A stretch of DNA of 64,000 nt from an uncultured delta proteobacterium (lineage in GTDB: Bacteria; Desulfobacterota; Binatia; UBA9968): the NCBI GenBank assembly GCA_963840855.1, contig CAWJBB010000079.1, forward strand, positions 128,001 through 192,000, in the 5' to 3' direction. The position numbers and the translations under genes are program-made. The notes beneath the pieces are model-generated. The model was not told where the DNA came from. It saw only the letters and a list, made by a program, of their open reading frames with translations, and did no database searches. Positions 1 to 10,120 of this stretch are shown here, piece after piece (position 1 is the stretch's first letter; each line of letters starts with the position of its first letter).

Positions 1-804
1 GTCATCTTTCGGGGCAGCGATCTGCTCAAGCTCGGCGCCGAAGAGATGCGCCGCATACGCGGCCGCGACATCAGTATGATTTTTCAGGAGCCATCGACAT
101 TCTTAAACCCCGTCCTCACCATCGGCCGGCAGATCACGGAAGCGATGGAACTTCACTTGGGCCTGAACCGCGCGGCGTGTCGCGAGCGCGCCCTAGAGCT
201 CTTGGCGAAGGTCGGCATCCCGGACGGCGAAAGCCGTCTGTCGGATTACCCGCATCAGTTTAGCGGCGGCCAGCGCCAAAGGGTGATGATCGCCGCGGCG
301 CTTAGCTGCCGGCCCAAACTTCTCCTCGCCGATGAACCGACGACGGCATTGGATGTAACGATTCAGGCGCAGATTCTCGATCTGATCAAGCAACTCACCC
401 GCGAGTTCGGCACGTCGGTCATTTTGATCACCCATAACTTCGGCATCGTGGCGCGTTACGCCGATCGCGTCAACGTCATGTATGGAGGCGAGATCGTCGA
501 AAGTGCCACGGCCCGGGAAATCTACCGAAACCCGAGGCATCCTTACACTTGGGGTCTGCTCGAATCGGTGCCCCGGCTGGACCGCCAGGTCGACGGCGAA
601 CTCAGGACCATTGAAGGTCAGCCTCCGGACCTTAGAGTTGCGAAGCAGGGCTGCAATTTCCGCCCGCGCTGTCCCTGGGCGGTGCGCCACTGCGCCATCG
701 AACAGCCGCCCTTACAAGAGATCGCCGTGCGCCATACTTCAGCCTGTTGGGAGAGCGAGCGGGTCGGTGGTTTAGCACCCGAAGCGGCTGGGCCTCGGTC
801 ATGA
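1..804 (+). CDS. oppD: Peptide/nickel ABC transporter ATP-binding protein (OppD/DppD family), 5' end outside window
   Basis: MIFQEP, FSGGQRQRVMIA, LLLADEPTTALD, C-terminal HPYT and Cys-rich tail; frame is open from base 1. Confidence 0.95.
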   Translation, partial: VIFRGSDLLKLGAEEMRRIRGRDISMIFQEPSTFLNPVLTIGRQITEAMELHLGLNRAACRERALELLAKVGIPDGESRLSDYPHQFSGGQRQRVMIAAALSCRPKLLLADEPTTALDVTIQAQILDLIKQLTREFGTSVILITHNFGIVARYADRVNVMYGGEIVESATAREIYRNPRHPYTWGLLESVPRLDRQVDGELRTIEGQPPDLRVAKQGCNFRPRCPWAVRHCAIEQPPLQEIAVRHTSACWESERVGGLAPEAAGPRS

Positions 805-1784
805 ATTCTCCAGAAGTCTTACTCGACGTAAGCAACTTAAAAATGTATTACCCGGTGAACCGGGGTATCGTCTTCCAGCGCGCCAAGGGCGAGTTGAAAG
901 CCGTCGACAATGTCAGCCTGACGATCAATCGCGGCGAAGTGCTGGGCTTGGTTGGCGAGACTGGTTCCGGCAAGACCACCGTCGGCAGATGTATTTTGCG
1001 TCTGCAGCTGCCCACGGCGGGAGAAATTTACTTTGCCGGGCGCAATCTCCTGGCGCTCCATGGCCGAGAGCTCAGAAAAATTCGCAAACAGATGCAGGTC
1101 GTCTTTCAGGACCCTTATAGCTCCCTCAACCCGCGCATGAGCATAGGTAACATCGTCGGCGAACTACTGATGGTTCATAGGGTGGTTTTTGACAAAAAGG
1201 CATACCGGGAAAGAACTGCCGAGCTTTTTACCGCCGTCGGTCTGGACCCGGCATTATTCGATCGTTACCCCCATGAATTGAGCGGCGGCCAGCGCCAGCG
1301 CGTGGGCATCGCGCGCGCGTTGGCCCCCAGACCAAGCTTCATCGTGTGCGACGAGGCCGTGTCGGCGTTGGATGTTTCCATTCAGGCGCAGATCTTGAAT
1401 CTGCTGATGAAACTAAAAAAGCAGTACGCGCTCACCTATCTTTTTATCGCCCACGACTTGGCGGTTGTGAAACATATGAGCGATCGAGTGGCGGTCATGT
1501 ATCTGGGGCGAATCATGGAACTCGCCTCGAAGAAAGATCTCTACGAGAATCCCCTGCATCCCTACACCCAAGCCCTGCTGGCGGCTGTTCCCATCCCCGA
1601 TCCGGTGCTCGAAGCGAAGCGCGCACGGGTGCCGCTCAAAGGCGAGATTCCGAGTCCCATGCATCCGCCGAGCGGCTGCGTCTTTCATCCGCGCTGTCCC
1701 ATCGCCGTCGAGGAATGCCGGCGCGTGGTGCCTGAGCTCCGTGATATCGGCAGCGGGCGCTCGGTGGCCTGTATCCGGGCATAA
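801..1784 (+). CDS. oppF: Peptide ABC transporter ATP-binding protein (OppF/DppF family)
   Basis: Walker A GETGSGKT, LSGGQRQR, CDEAVSALD, HPYT; ATG at 801 overlaps the oppD stop (ATGA). Confidence 0.95.
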   Translation: MNSPEVLLDVSNLKMYYPVNRGIVFQRAKGELKAVDNVSLTINRGEVLGLVGETGSGKTTVGRCILRLQLPTAGEIYFAGRNLLALHGRELRKIRKQMQVVFQDPYSSLNPRMSIGNIVGELLMVHRVVFDKKAYRERTAELFTAVGLDPALFDRYPHELSGGQRQRVGIARALAPRPSFIVCDEAVSALDVSIQAQILNLLMKLKKQYALTYLFIAHDLAVVKHMSDRVAVMYLGRIMELASKKDLYENPLHPYTQALLAAVPIPDPVLEAKRARVPLKGEIPSPMHPPSGCVFHPRCPIAVEECRRVVPELRDIGSGRSVACIRA

Positions 1785-2106
1785 CCTTCGATTTTAAGCC
1801 AGCTCTTTGAACCCAGATTCCGCAGTTGCGATTGACGCAAAGAGCGAGGCGCAATCCTTCCGTAGCGAAGTCAATGGGTCTCTGCCCCACGGGCTCTGAG
1901 CCTGGTCGAAGGGCGACCGGAGGTTTTTTAGTGCCACGCTGGTCGACAATTGCGCAATAGCAAGTTAACAAAGGTTACACCTGCGTATCCCATCGTATAC
2001 ACAGGGTGCTCATGCTAAGCGCTCAAGTCTGAGCCGATTCGTAATTTTTAGCATTGATTTCTGCCCACTAACGCAGGCATGCGTGATATGTTCGCTGACG
2101 CGCGGA

Positions 2107-2122
2107 TGGCACATTCATTGCT
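2107..2122 (+). promoter_or_regulatory. Putative sigma54 -24/-12 promoter
   Basis: TGGCAC-ATTCA-TTGCT matches TGGCAC-N5-TTGCW, about 85 bp upstream of the protease start. Confidence 0.6.
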
Positions 2123-2207
2123 GTATAAAAAGTGATTGACGGCTTCACCGCGCAATTTGCTGCGATAAACTTTGTCGTAAATTATATTCCCGAATAGGAG
2201 GCAGTAT

Positions 2208-4499
2208 ATGGCTTCACCCTTCAATGGTAAGACCTTCACGTTCACTCAACCTGACGGAACTAAAATCCAGGTACGCGGCTGGGGCGACCAACACTATGCG
2301 GTGTTCGAAACCCTTGACGGCTACACCGTGGTCAAGAACCCCAGCACCGGGTTCTTCGAAATTGCCCAGCTATCGAACGACGGAACTAGGCTGGAACGGG
2401 CTCCCGGCCCTCAGGGCAACCTGGATGGCGCGCGGGCCCCGGTACGGCCCGGGTTGCGGATCAACCGCGAGGCCGCTCGGGCACGAGGATCCGAGGGAGC
2501 GATGCGACTGGGTGGCCGGCGCTGCGATCGGCGCCGCGAGCAGCGCAAGAGCTTAGCGAGAGCGGCACGCGCGCTCGGAGGACCCCTCACCGCGCCCCCA
2601 CAACGCGCAACCGTCGGGGATTTTGTCGGGCTCTGTCTGTTGATCGATTTCTCCGATGAACCCGGGACTATTTCCCGAAACGAGGTTGACAACTTCTGCA
2701 ACCAGCCGGGATATTCAGGCTTCGGTAACAGCGGCTCCGTCTCTGACTATTTCCGCGATAATTCCATCGGCCGCTGCCGTTATACGAATATCGTTGCCGA
2801 CTACTACCGGGCCCAACATCCCAAGTCGCATTACACCGACCCCAATATCGAGCAAGGTGTGCGCGCCCGGGAGCTAATCGTCGAGGCTCTCACTCATCTG
2901 AAGGCCAACAACTTCGACTTTACGCCGTTGACCGCCGATAGCGGCGGTTTTGTCTACGCCATGAACGTCTACTATGCCGGTGAGGTCGTCAACAACTGGG
3001 CCGAAGGTTTGTGGCCGCATGCATGGCATCTGGCGACGCCCGTCGCGCTGGCGCCCGGCAAGTCTGCCTTTGACTACCAGTTCACCGACATGAGCCACCA
3101 GCTCTCTCTCGGCACCTTCTGCCACGAGAACGGCCATATGTTGTGCGACTATCCGGATTTGTACGACTACGGCAGCGAGTCGAGCGGCGTGGGCGCCTAT
3201 TGCCTGATGTGCGCCGGCGGCAACATCGACGAAAAGAACCCCGTCCATATTTCCGCCTACCTGAAACGGCTGTCGGGCTGGGCGAGAAATGTAACCGCGA
3301 TTCAACACGATCAGCAGGTCGACCTCGCCTCAGGCCAGAACGACTTCGCAATGTTTTCAAAGAACAGCGGCGAATACTTCATCGTTGAAAACCGGCGCAA
3401 GAGCGGCCGAGACGTTTCCTTGCCGGACGAGGGACTCGCGATTTGGCATGTGGACGAAGATGGCAGCAACAACAACGAACAAATGACTGCCAGTCAACAC
3501 TACGAGCTCTCGTTGAAACAGGCGGATGGAAATTTTCGCCTGGAGACCTCCCGGCACCACTACGGGGATGCCACCGATCTGTATGGGCAGGTAAATTTGC
3601 GCTTTGCTGATTCGACTTCTCCCGGCAGTAAATGGTGGGATGGCACGGCGTCCAATCTGGACATCTTTGAGATCAGTGCGCCGGGAGACATGATGCGGTT
3701 TCGCACCAGGCTGTTCGAAGATAGCGCCGGCACGCAGACCATCCGGGGCGAGTCTACCCCTGGGCGCAGCATTCCGGACAATACCGCCGGAGGAATAACC
3801 GATACCATCACGATCGCTCAGGACGCCGTCATCGCCAGCGTAAAGATCATGCTCGACATCACTCACACGTACCGCGGCGATTTGCGGGTCACTTTGCAGG
3901 CTCCGTGGGGCGATGAGATCCGTTTGCATGAACGGAACCAGGGCGACAGCGCGGATCACATTCAGCAGACGTTCGATGAGTCCAAGCTGCAGGCCCTGGC
4001 AACGCTCCACAGCCACAGCGCAAAGGGTGACTGGCGTCTGTCTGTCCAGGATCTGGCGGCGGCCGATGTTGGCAGGCTCAATCGTTGGGCGCTGGAGTTC
4101 ACAACCTCCGGGCAGCCGCAAGGGCAGGTCGTGTTGGAAGAGGCACCAGGCACACACATCCCCGATAACAACCCGGTGGGGATCCAGCGCAATCTTTCCA
4201 CCAACGCTACCGGCAATGTCGGCAGCGTGGAAGTGTCCGTGGATATTACCCACACGTATATCGCCGATCTGCGCATCAGCTTGCGCTCGCCGGCCGGCAC
4301 GGAGGTGATCCTCCAAGATCAGATGGGCGGATCCGCTGATAACGTGGTGACGACCTACACCACGGCCACCACCGCCGCGCTCGTGAACCTTGCAGGACAA
4401 CCGATCAACGGGACCTGGCGGCTCAGCGTATCAGATGGCGCCGGCCAGGATGTGGGCAAACTGAATACCTGGCGTGTGGCGATTCATCCCGCTCCGTAA
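2208..4499 (+). CDS. M6 family (immune inhibitor A-like) metalloprotease with two C-terminal proprotein convertase P-domains
   Basis: FTQPDG N-terminal motif, HENGHMLCDYPDLYD zinc motif, EYFIVENR and GLAIWHVDE, two ITHTY-x-x-DL..P.G / G.WRLSV.D repeats; AGGAGG RBS. Confidence 0.9.
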   Translation: MASPFNGKTFTFTQPDGTKIQVRGWGDQHYAVFETLDGYTVVKNPSTGFFEIAQLSNDGTRLERAPGPQGNLDGARAPVRPGLRINREAARARGSEGAMRLGGRRCDRRREQRKSLARAARALGGPLTAPPQRATVGDFVGLCLLIDFSDEPGTISRNEVDNFCNQPGYSGFGNSGSVSDYFRDNSIGRCRYTNIVADYYRAQHPKSHYTDPNIEQGVRARELIVEALTHLKANNFDFTPLTADSGGFVYAMNVYYAGEVVNNWAEGLWPHAWHLATPVALAPGKSAFDYQFTDMSHQLSLGTFCHENGHMLCDYPDLYDYGSESSGVGAYCLMCAGGNIDEKNPVHISAYLKRLSGWARNVTAIQHDQQVDLASGQNDFAMFSKNSGEYFIVENRRKSGRDVSLPDEGLAIWHVDEDGSNNNEQMTASQHYELSLKQADGNFRLETSRHHYGDATDLYGQVNLRFADSTSPGSKWWDGTASNLDIFEISAPGDMMRFRTRLFEDSAGTQTIRGESTPGRSIPDNTAGGITDTITIAQDAVIASVKIMLDITHTYRGDLRVTLQAPWGDEIRLHERNQGDSADHIQQTFDESKLQALATLHSHSAKGDWRLSVQDLAAADVGRLNRWALEFTTSGQPQGQVVLEEAPGTHIPDNNPVGIQRNLSTNATGNVGSVEVSVDITHTYIADLRISLRSPAGTEVILQDQMGGSADNVVTTYTTATTAALVNLAGQPINGTWRLSVSDGAGQDVGKLNTWRVAIHPAP

Positions 4500-4650
4500 G
4501 GCGGTGCCTCGGAAGACGCGTACACGAGCGGCGACCGTAGAGCAGTTCGACTCCCGCGGTATAGTGCCGGCGAGTCGCTGGGATCTGGGCAGTTCACCTT
4601 GCTCCGGTCACCAGCGAAACACGATCTAATGTAGCGTCTCAAGAACTTAA

Positions 4651-5724
4651 TCAGCGCGGCGGTAGAGGTCCGCCGCCAATAATTTTCCTGTAGATTTCAA
4701 TGGCCTGGGGATCCCGCGGAATTTCACCGATCACCTTTGCCTGTTCTTCGGGAAATAGTGGATCGGGCTCAACGCCGATCAATTTTTTCAAGTTCACTGC
4801 GAAGTCGGGGTCGCGAAATGTCTTGCGCATCGCCTCTGACAAAATTTTCACCCGCTCCGTTGGCGTTCGAACCGGCAGAATATAGGGATAACCGATGTAG
4901 CGAAGGTTGTAATGCAGTAAAACAACCTTTCTCTCGCTCTCATTTTTCACAAAATTTTCTATTGCGGGCAAATTATCAAAGGCGGGATGACGGATGCGGA
5001 AATCTCTGGGAATCCGCCAAATCGCATGGAAGTGCATGTTTCCCTGTTCGAGCCAATCAGGCGACCGGACAAGAATAGTATTGGTTGGGTACGCCAGCGC
5101 ATCAATTTCCCCCTGAGCGATAGCGGCAACGTGCTCAAGGCCGCCATAGCCAACTATGAACTTTGGCTCTTTGAGACCTAGAAGCCAGGCAAAAATACGG
5201 GCTCGATTGTAGGTGTCATGACCGATAGACTGGGCTCCGATTCTCACGCCCGGAGCTGATCGAAGCTTTTCCAGTGTATCTAGACCGGCTGCCTTGGCGG
5301 TATGAAAAACGTAATTGACTCCGGTGTCTGATGTACCGAGATAAATGAATTTGTCGATATCGTATTGGACGCCGGTCTCCCCCAAAATCGCCTCGCCTGC
5401 AAACCCGGAGCCGGGACTGCCAATGGTCAAGCCATCCGGCTGAGCCATTCTAAATAAATGATTGGCAAGCTTCCGGCCGCCGCCCCCTGGCATATAGTCG
5501 ATCACGATAGTCGGATTGCCGGGGATATACTTGCGCAGAAAAGGGACAGCCGCTTTGATCCTTAAATCTCCCGAGCCGCCGGCTGGGCTTGCCGAGAGGA
5601 TAGTAAGGATCTTGCCTTGATAAAAGGCAGTCTGGGAAAAGGCGTGGGTCGATGAGCACAGAATAATGACCGTGAGAAATCCCAACGAAAGCAATTTTAA
5701 CCCGAGTCTGTTTGTTGACCTCAT
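4651..5724 (-). CDS. Bug/TctC family tripartite tricarboxylate transporter substrate-binding protein
   Basis: Signal peptide, FYQGK.LTI..S.AGG.GD, PGNPTIVIDYMPGGGG, PDGLTIG. Confidence 0.85.
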   Translation of the reverse strand: MRSTNRLGLKLLSLGFLTVIILCSSTHAFSQTAFYQGKILTILSASPAGGSGDLRIKAAVPFLRKYIPGNPTIVIDYMPGGGGRKLANHLFRMAQPDGLTIGSPGSGFAGEAILGETGVQYDIDKFIYLGTSDTGVNYVFHTAKAAGLDTLEKLRSAPGVRIGAQSIGHDTYNRARIFAWLLGLKEPKFIVGYGGLEHVAAIAQGEIDALAYPTNTILVRSPDWLEQGNMHFHAIWRIPRDFRIRHPAFDNLPAIENFVKNESERKVVLLHYNLRYIGYPYILPVRTPTERVKILSEAMRKTFRDPDFAVNLKKLIGVEPDPLFPEEQAKVIGEIPRDPQAIEIYRKIIGGGPLPPR

Positions 5725-5760
5725 CTCTCCCTCCGATGTTCTTCGTTCCTCGCCGAAAAC

Positions 5761-8034
5761 CTATTCAGTCATTTCTCCCTTGATCGCCCAGAAGACGCGC
5801 TCCGGGGTCATCGGTAGCTCTGTAAGCCGGACTCCCGTGGCACGAGCGATGGCGTTACCGATGGCCACGGGCGGTATCACGATGCCCATTTCACCTGCGC
5901 CGCGCACGCCGTAAGGACCGGCGCCCGCAGACGCAGGGACTTCAATAATCTCGCAGTCCAGCGGCGGAACGTCCAGCGCAGTGGGCATGCGGTAGTCCAG
6001 CAGAGTAGCATTTTTCATCGCGCCATTGTTGTCATATATATACTCTTCGCTAAGCGCCCAACCGATGCCCTGGGTGGCGCCTCCCTGCATCTGCCCCTCT
6101 ACCATCGACGGGTTCAAAGCAAATCCCACGTCCTGAAAGCTTGTGTAACGCAGCAACTTGACTTTGCCGGTCTCTGGGTCCGTTTCAACATCAACCACGT
6201 GGCCGGCGGTGGCTGGCGCCATTTGGAGTTGCGTGACCTGACCATGCGCCACGATCACACTGCCGCCTTTGAGGCTCGCCAGCGCCAGCTCCGCGAGGCT
6301 TACTGACCTATCTGGCAAACCCCTCACCGAGAACCGCTTTTCTCTGTATTCGACCAATTCGGCAGGCGCTTCCAAGCTCGTCGCCGCTCGTTGTTTCAGT
6401 TCGGCGAGCAAATTCTGGCAGGCGTAGTTGACCGCCGTACCCATGTCGTGAGCGAGGCGACTGCCCGTACTACCGTCCGTGTAACCGGCCGTATCCGTAT
6501 CCGCGGTAACCACGCGCACCTCTTCAAGAGAAATATCCAGCTCCTCTGCAACGATCTGCGCAAATCCGGTGCGCGTGCCGGAGAGATCTACCGAGCCCAC
6601 GGTGAGGTTAACCGTGCCATCGCTGACAAGCGTGATTTGGCAATGGGCCTGCCCAGAGCCCAAGGGCCAAAAACCTAGGGCAAAGCCGCGCCCTTGGTTT
6701 TTCCCCACCAGTGGAGTCGTCCAGCATGGGTGATCCTCGATCGTCGCAAGGATCTTCTCAAAGCCGATTGCATCGAAGGTCCCTCCGGCAGGCGCAGGGT
6801 CTCCGGCCCGCGAGATGTTTTTCTTCCGCAACTCCAGCGGGTTCATTTCAAGACTCCGAGCTACTTCGTCCATCGTCGTCTCGATAGCGTAGGTCGCAGC
6901 AGCGCCTCCCGGTGCGCGATAAGGCACAGATTTGGGTTTGTTGGTCACGACATCGTAACCTTCCACCTTGAAGTTGGGAATCTGATAGGGTGCCACTGCC
7001 GCCCAGATCGCTCGATTGATCGGCGCGCCAGGATAGCAGCCCCCGCTGTAAGCGTAGCGAGCGTGGAGCGCAGTGAGTTGGCCGCTCCGTTTGACGCCGA
7101 TCTTGACCGTACTCACCGTGGCAGCCCCAGGTCCTGTGGCCCTTAACACTTCCTCCCTCGTAAGGGCGATACGCACCGGGCGGCCGCATTTTCGCGAGAG
7201 CGCTGCACAGACAGGCGAAACGCGAGCGTGCTCCTTGCCGCCAAAAGCGCCGCCGACTTCCATAGGGATCACCTTGATCTTACTTGGCGGCACCTGAAGC
7301 AGTACCGATAGCTCCTCTCGATGTAGGAAGATGCCCTGGGTCACCGCCCATACCGTGATGTGACCGCCAGGACCAACCAGGGCGCACTCAGCTTCCGGTT
7401 CGATATAACCCTGGTGCACCATCCTCGTGCGAAAACTGCGCTCGATTACGATGTCCGCGTCCGCGAAACCTCGTTCCAAACTTCCCCGTTTAAACTCGAG
7501 ATGCCACGCCACGTTGCTGGGGCTGGTGGCGAGATCTCCGTCGCTTAAGGTGAATAGGTCCGAGTGTAGCAGCGGCGCCTCCGGCTTCATTGCTTCATCC
7601 GGGTCCAGCACCACAGGCAAAGGCTCGTACTCTACTTCAATGAACCCCAGGGCATCCTCGGCTTCCTCCAATGTCCTGGCAGCAACGGCCGCCACGGGCT
7701 GCCCGTGAAAATGAACCTTCTCTCGCGCCATGATCACGCGACTCAAATACGACATCTCAAAGGTACGCCTGCCAACACAGGCCAGAGTACCTCGGGCCAA
7801 GTTGGGAAAGTCGGCCGCGGTGACGACAGCCATCACTCCAGGCCTCGCGGCGGTCTTGCTGGTGTTTATGCTTTTGATGCGGGCATGAGCGTATGGACTG
7901 CGGAGAATTTTTCCGTAGAGCATGCCGGGAAGCATCAGGTCCGCGCCAAACTGCGAGTTGCCGGTCACCTTGTCTAGCCCATCGACCTTTGCAGTGCGGT
8001 TGCCTAGATACCTGTGCTCCTTGGCAGCAGCCAT
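5761..8034 (-). CDS. Xanthine dehydrogenase family molybdopterin-binding large subunit (CoxL-like, not a CO dehydrogenase)
   Basis: LRSPYAHARI, GGAFGGK, PYRAPG, EGQMQGGATQGIG, GAGE motifs. Confidence 0.92.
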   Translation of the reverse strand: MAAAKEHRYLGNRTAKVDGLDKVTGNSQFGADLMLPGMLYGKILRSPYAHARIKSINTSKTAARPGVMAVVTAADFPNLARGTLACVGRRTFEMSYLSRVIMAREKVHFHGQPVAAVAARTLEEAEDALGFIEVEYEPLPVVLDPDEAMKPEAPLLHSDLFTLSDGDLATSPSNVAWHLEFKRGSLERGFADADIVIERSFRTRMVHQGYIEPEAECALVGPGGHITVWAVTQGIFLHREELSVLLQVPPSKIKVIPMEVGGAFGGKEHARVSPVCAALSRKCGRPVRIALTREEVLRATGPGAATVSTVKIGVKRSGQLTALHARYAYSGGCYPGAPINRAIWAAVAPYQIPNFKVEGYDVVTNKPKSVPYRAPGGAAATYAIETTMDEVARSLEMNPLELRKKNISRAGDPAPAGGTFDAIGFEKILATIEDHPCWTTPLVGKNQGRGFALGFWPLGSGQAHCQITLVSDGTVNLTVGSVDLSGTRTGFAQIVAEELDISLEEVRVVTADTDTAGYTDGSTGSRLAHDMGTAVNYACQNLLAELKQRAATSLEAPAELVEYREKRFSVRGLPDRSVSLAELALASLKGGSVIVAHGQVTQLQMAPATAGHVVDVETDPETGKVKLLRYTSFQDVGFALNPSMVEGQMQGGATQGIGWALSEEYIYDNNGAMKNATLLDYRMPTALDVPPLDCEIIEVPASAGAGPYGVRGAGEMGIVIPPVAIGNAIARATGVRLTELPMTPERVFWAIKGEMTE

Positions 8035-8052
8035 TCACACCTCCGTTCCTTT

Positions 8053-8529
8053 CTATGCGACCTTAGGGAGAGCCTGGCACGCTGCCATAACCGCCCGCAC
8101 GATCTTGTCATACCCGGTGCATCGGCACAGGTTGCCGGCGAGGGCGAGACGGATCTCATGCGCGGTGGGATTCGGGTTGTGCTCCAGGAGCGCCTTGGCG
8201 GACATGATGAAGCCCGGGGTGCAAAAACCACACTGCAACGCGCCGTGCTCGATGAAGGCCCGTTGCACGGGGTGAAGCATGCCGTTTGCTGCAACCCCTT
8301 CCACCGTGGTGACTTCGGCCCCATCTCCCTCGACGGCAAACACCAGACAGGAGTTCACGGTTGCGCCGTTCAGATCCACTGTGCAACTGCCGCAGTTGCC
8401 ATTGCCACAGCCCTCTTTGGAACCCATAAATCCAAGACGGTAGCGCAGCGCGTCGAGCAGGGTTTCGCGCGTATCCACAATGACGCTGTACTTTTCGCCG
8501 TTGACTTTGAAGTTGACTTCACGTTTCAC
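8053..8529 (-). CDS. Mo-hydroxylase small [2Fe-2S] subunit (CoxS/CutS-like)
   Basis: GCGNGNCGSC, QCGFCTPG, NLCRCTGY; GTG start. Confidence 0.95.
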   Translation of the reverse strand: MKREVNFKVNGEKYSVIVDTRETLLDALRYRLGFMGSKEGCGNGNCGSCTVDLNGATVNSCLVFAVEGDGAEVTTVEGVAANGMLHPVQRAFIEHGALQCGFCTPGFIMSAKALLEHNPNPTAHEIRLALAGNLCRCTGYDKIVRAVMAACQALPKVA

Positions 8530-8573
8530 GTTACTCTCCTCAGCCTCGGCAGTCAGAGCTGGAACAGGTCCTG

Positions 8574-9473
8574 TCAGCCCGTAGCCTGTTCGCTTACTCT
8601 CTCCAACGCCTTTTGCAGGGTTCGGCGGGTCAATACTTTGACCAACTCAATGCGATAGGCAGCCGAGCCGCGCACGTCGGAGATCGGCTGCGCCGCCCGG
8701 GCAGCCAATTCACCAGCCTGTGTGAAGGCCGCCTGATCGGGCGCTTTACCAACCAGGAACTCCTCGGCCTCCCGCGCCCGCACCGGCGTGGGCGCTACCG
8801 CTGCCAGCGTAATCCGCGCCTGCTCACAGCGCCGGCCATCGGCACTGAACTGCACAAACGATCCCACGCCGGCTACGGCGATGTCCATTTCTTCGCGGGG
8901 GATAAAGCGGAGGTACGCGGCGCCGGAGTGAGGAGGCGGCGTTGGCACAGCAATCTCAACCAGGATTTCGCCCTTGGCGAGCACGGCCTGACCGGGCCCG
9001 ACAAAAAAATTCTCTGCCGGCAGCTCTCGGCAGCCATTGGGGCCGGCGATAATCAATTTCCCCCCGTAAGAAAGGATTGGCGGCACCGTATCGGCCGAAG
9101 GGGCAGCATTGCAGAAGTTGCCGCCAACCGCGGCACGATTTTGAATCTGGACCGAGCCGACTAAGCCGCAGGCCTCGGCCAGCGCATGATAATGCTGCCG
9201 CGCCGGCGGAAAGTTGCCGATGCGGGCGCAGGAAACTGCTGCGCCGACCCGCAGCCCCTGCTTTTCGTCGCAGCAAAGGACATTCAATTCGGGGATACGC
9301 TTGACATCCACCACCAGGCCGGGGCTCTTGCGGTTCTCCTTCATTTGCGCGATGAGATCCGTTCCACCGGCGAGCAGCCGGCCTTCGCCGTTTGCTCGGG
9401 ACAAAAGGTCTATGGCTTCTTGCAAACTTGTCGGTGCAGCGTATTCAAACTCGCGCACACTATCATCCTCCAT
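8574..9473 (-). CDS. Mo-hydroxylase FAD-binding medium subunit (CoxM/CutM-like)
   Basis: LAGGTDL, GSVQIQNRAAVGGNFCNAAPSAD, PISDVRGSAAYR. Confidence 0.93.
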   Translation of the reverse strand: MEDDSVREFEYAAPTSLQEAIDLLSRANGEGRLLAGGTDLIAQMKENRKSPGLVVDVKRIPELNVLCCDEKQGLRVGAAVSCARIGNFPPARQHYHALAEACGLVGSVQIQNRAAVGGNFCNAAPSADTVPPILSYGGKLIIAGPNGCRELPAENFFVGPGQAVLAKGEILVEIAVPTPPPHSGAAYLRFIPREEMDIAVAGVGSFVQFSADGRRCEQARITLAAVAPTPVRAREAEEFLVGKAPDQAAFTQAGELAARAAQPISDVRGSAAYRIELVKVLTRRTLQKALERVSEQATG

Positions 9474-9551
9474 TTTATTGTACGAGCGGAAGGGAAATGA
9501 GCAGCAGCCTCTTTCCGGGCAACACGCACTTTGAGGTCATTTTAAAAATCG

Positions 9552-9581
9552 ACATTAGGAGATTCAAAGGTGAAGTGTCAA
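9552..9581 (-). promoter_or_regulatory. Putative sigma70 promoter for the Mo-hydroxylase operon
   Basis: Minus strand TTGACA-N18-TAATGT in an AT-rich intergenic region. Confidence 0.4.
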
Positions 9582-9688
9582 GCCGGTGCTCATACGTGAT
9601 CTTGCAAATTTATTACGCAGCGATGATAAAGGTGAGTATATAGCTGAGATGGCCTAAACGAGCCCGCAGTGCAACGGCAGGCCGGCGC

Positions 9689-10006
9689 TTGGCAGGAACC
9701 GGACAGCAAAATTGGTTTGACACGTTCACGGTGGGACGAATACCACCAAAGATTTCCGATGTGCGTCGTTCCTTCGATAAATCAGGACGGGCTCTGAGGG
9801 TCTCTAAGGATGAACGAAGATTTTTCAGCAATCGCGTCCAATGCACGGTGCACATAGAAGAAGATGCAAATTATGCAACCGGGCTCGAGGAATACGCCAA
9901 AGAAATGGTCGCGCTGGGAGACGTAAAAAATATAAACCTGGAGAAGGTTCTTAGACAGGACTTGATGCGCGAGGCCTTCCAAATTATGGGCTCGCGCCGA
10001 AATTAA
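9689..10006 (+). pseudogene. Possible C-terminal remnant of a substrate-binding protein
   Basis: Tail EMVALGDVKNINLEKVLRQDLMREA resembles TauA/NitT-type C-termini; no convincing start or N-terminal part. Confidence 0.3.
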
Positions 10007-10120
10007 GCCTGAGCTCGAAAGAGCTCGGGAAGTGGTAAAACGGATCGGCTACTAGACGGATTAGACGGATTGAGAGTTAAATCGCCTTTCGCTTTAGAAA
10101 AACCAGCCAGGAGGTTCGAT

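Noticed and set aside
1825-1935. c-di-GMP-I riboswitch suggested by GACGCAAA
   Set aside because: The upstream GGGCAAA/GAAA P2 elements are not recognisable, and the region contains a REP-like CTGAGCCTGGTCGAAGGG instead.
4540-4560. tRNA fragment (GTTCGACTCCCGC)
   Set aside because: The T-stem does not pair and no cloverleaf can be drawn.
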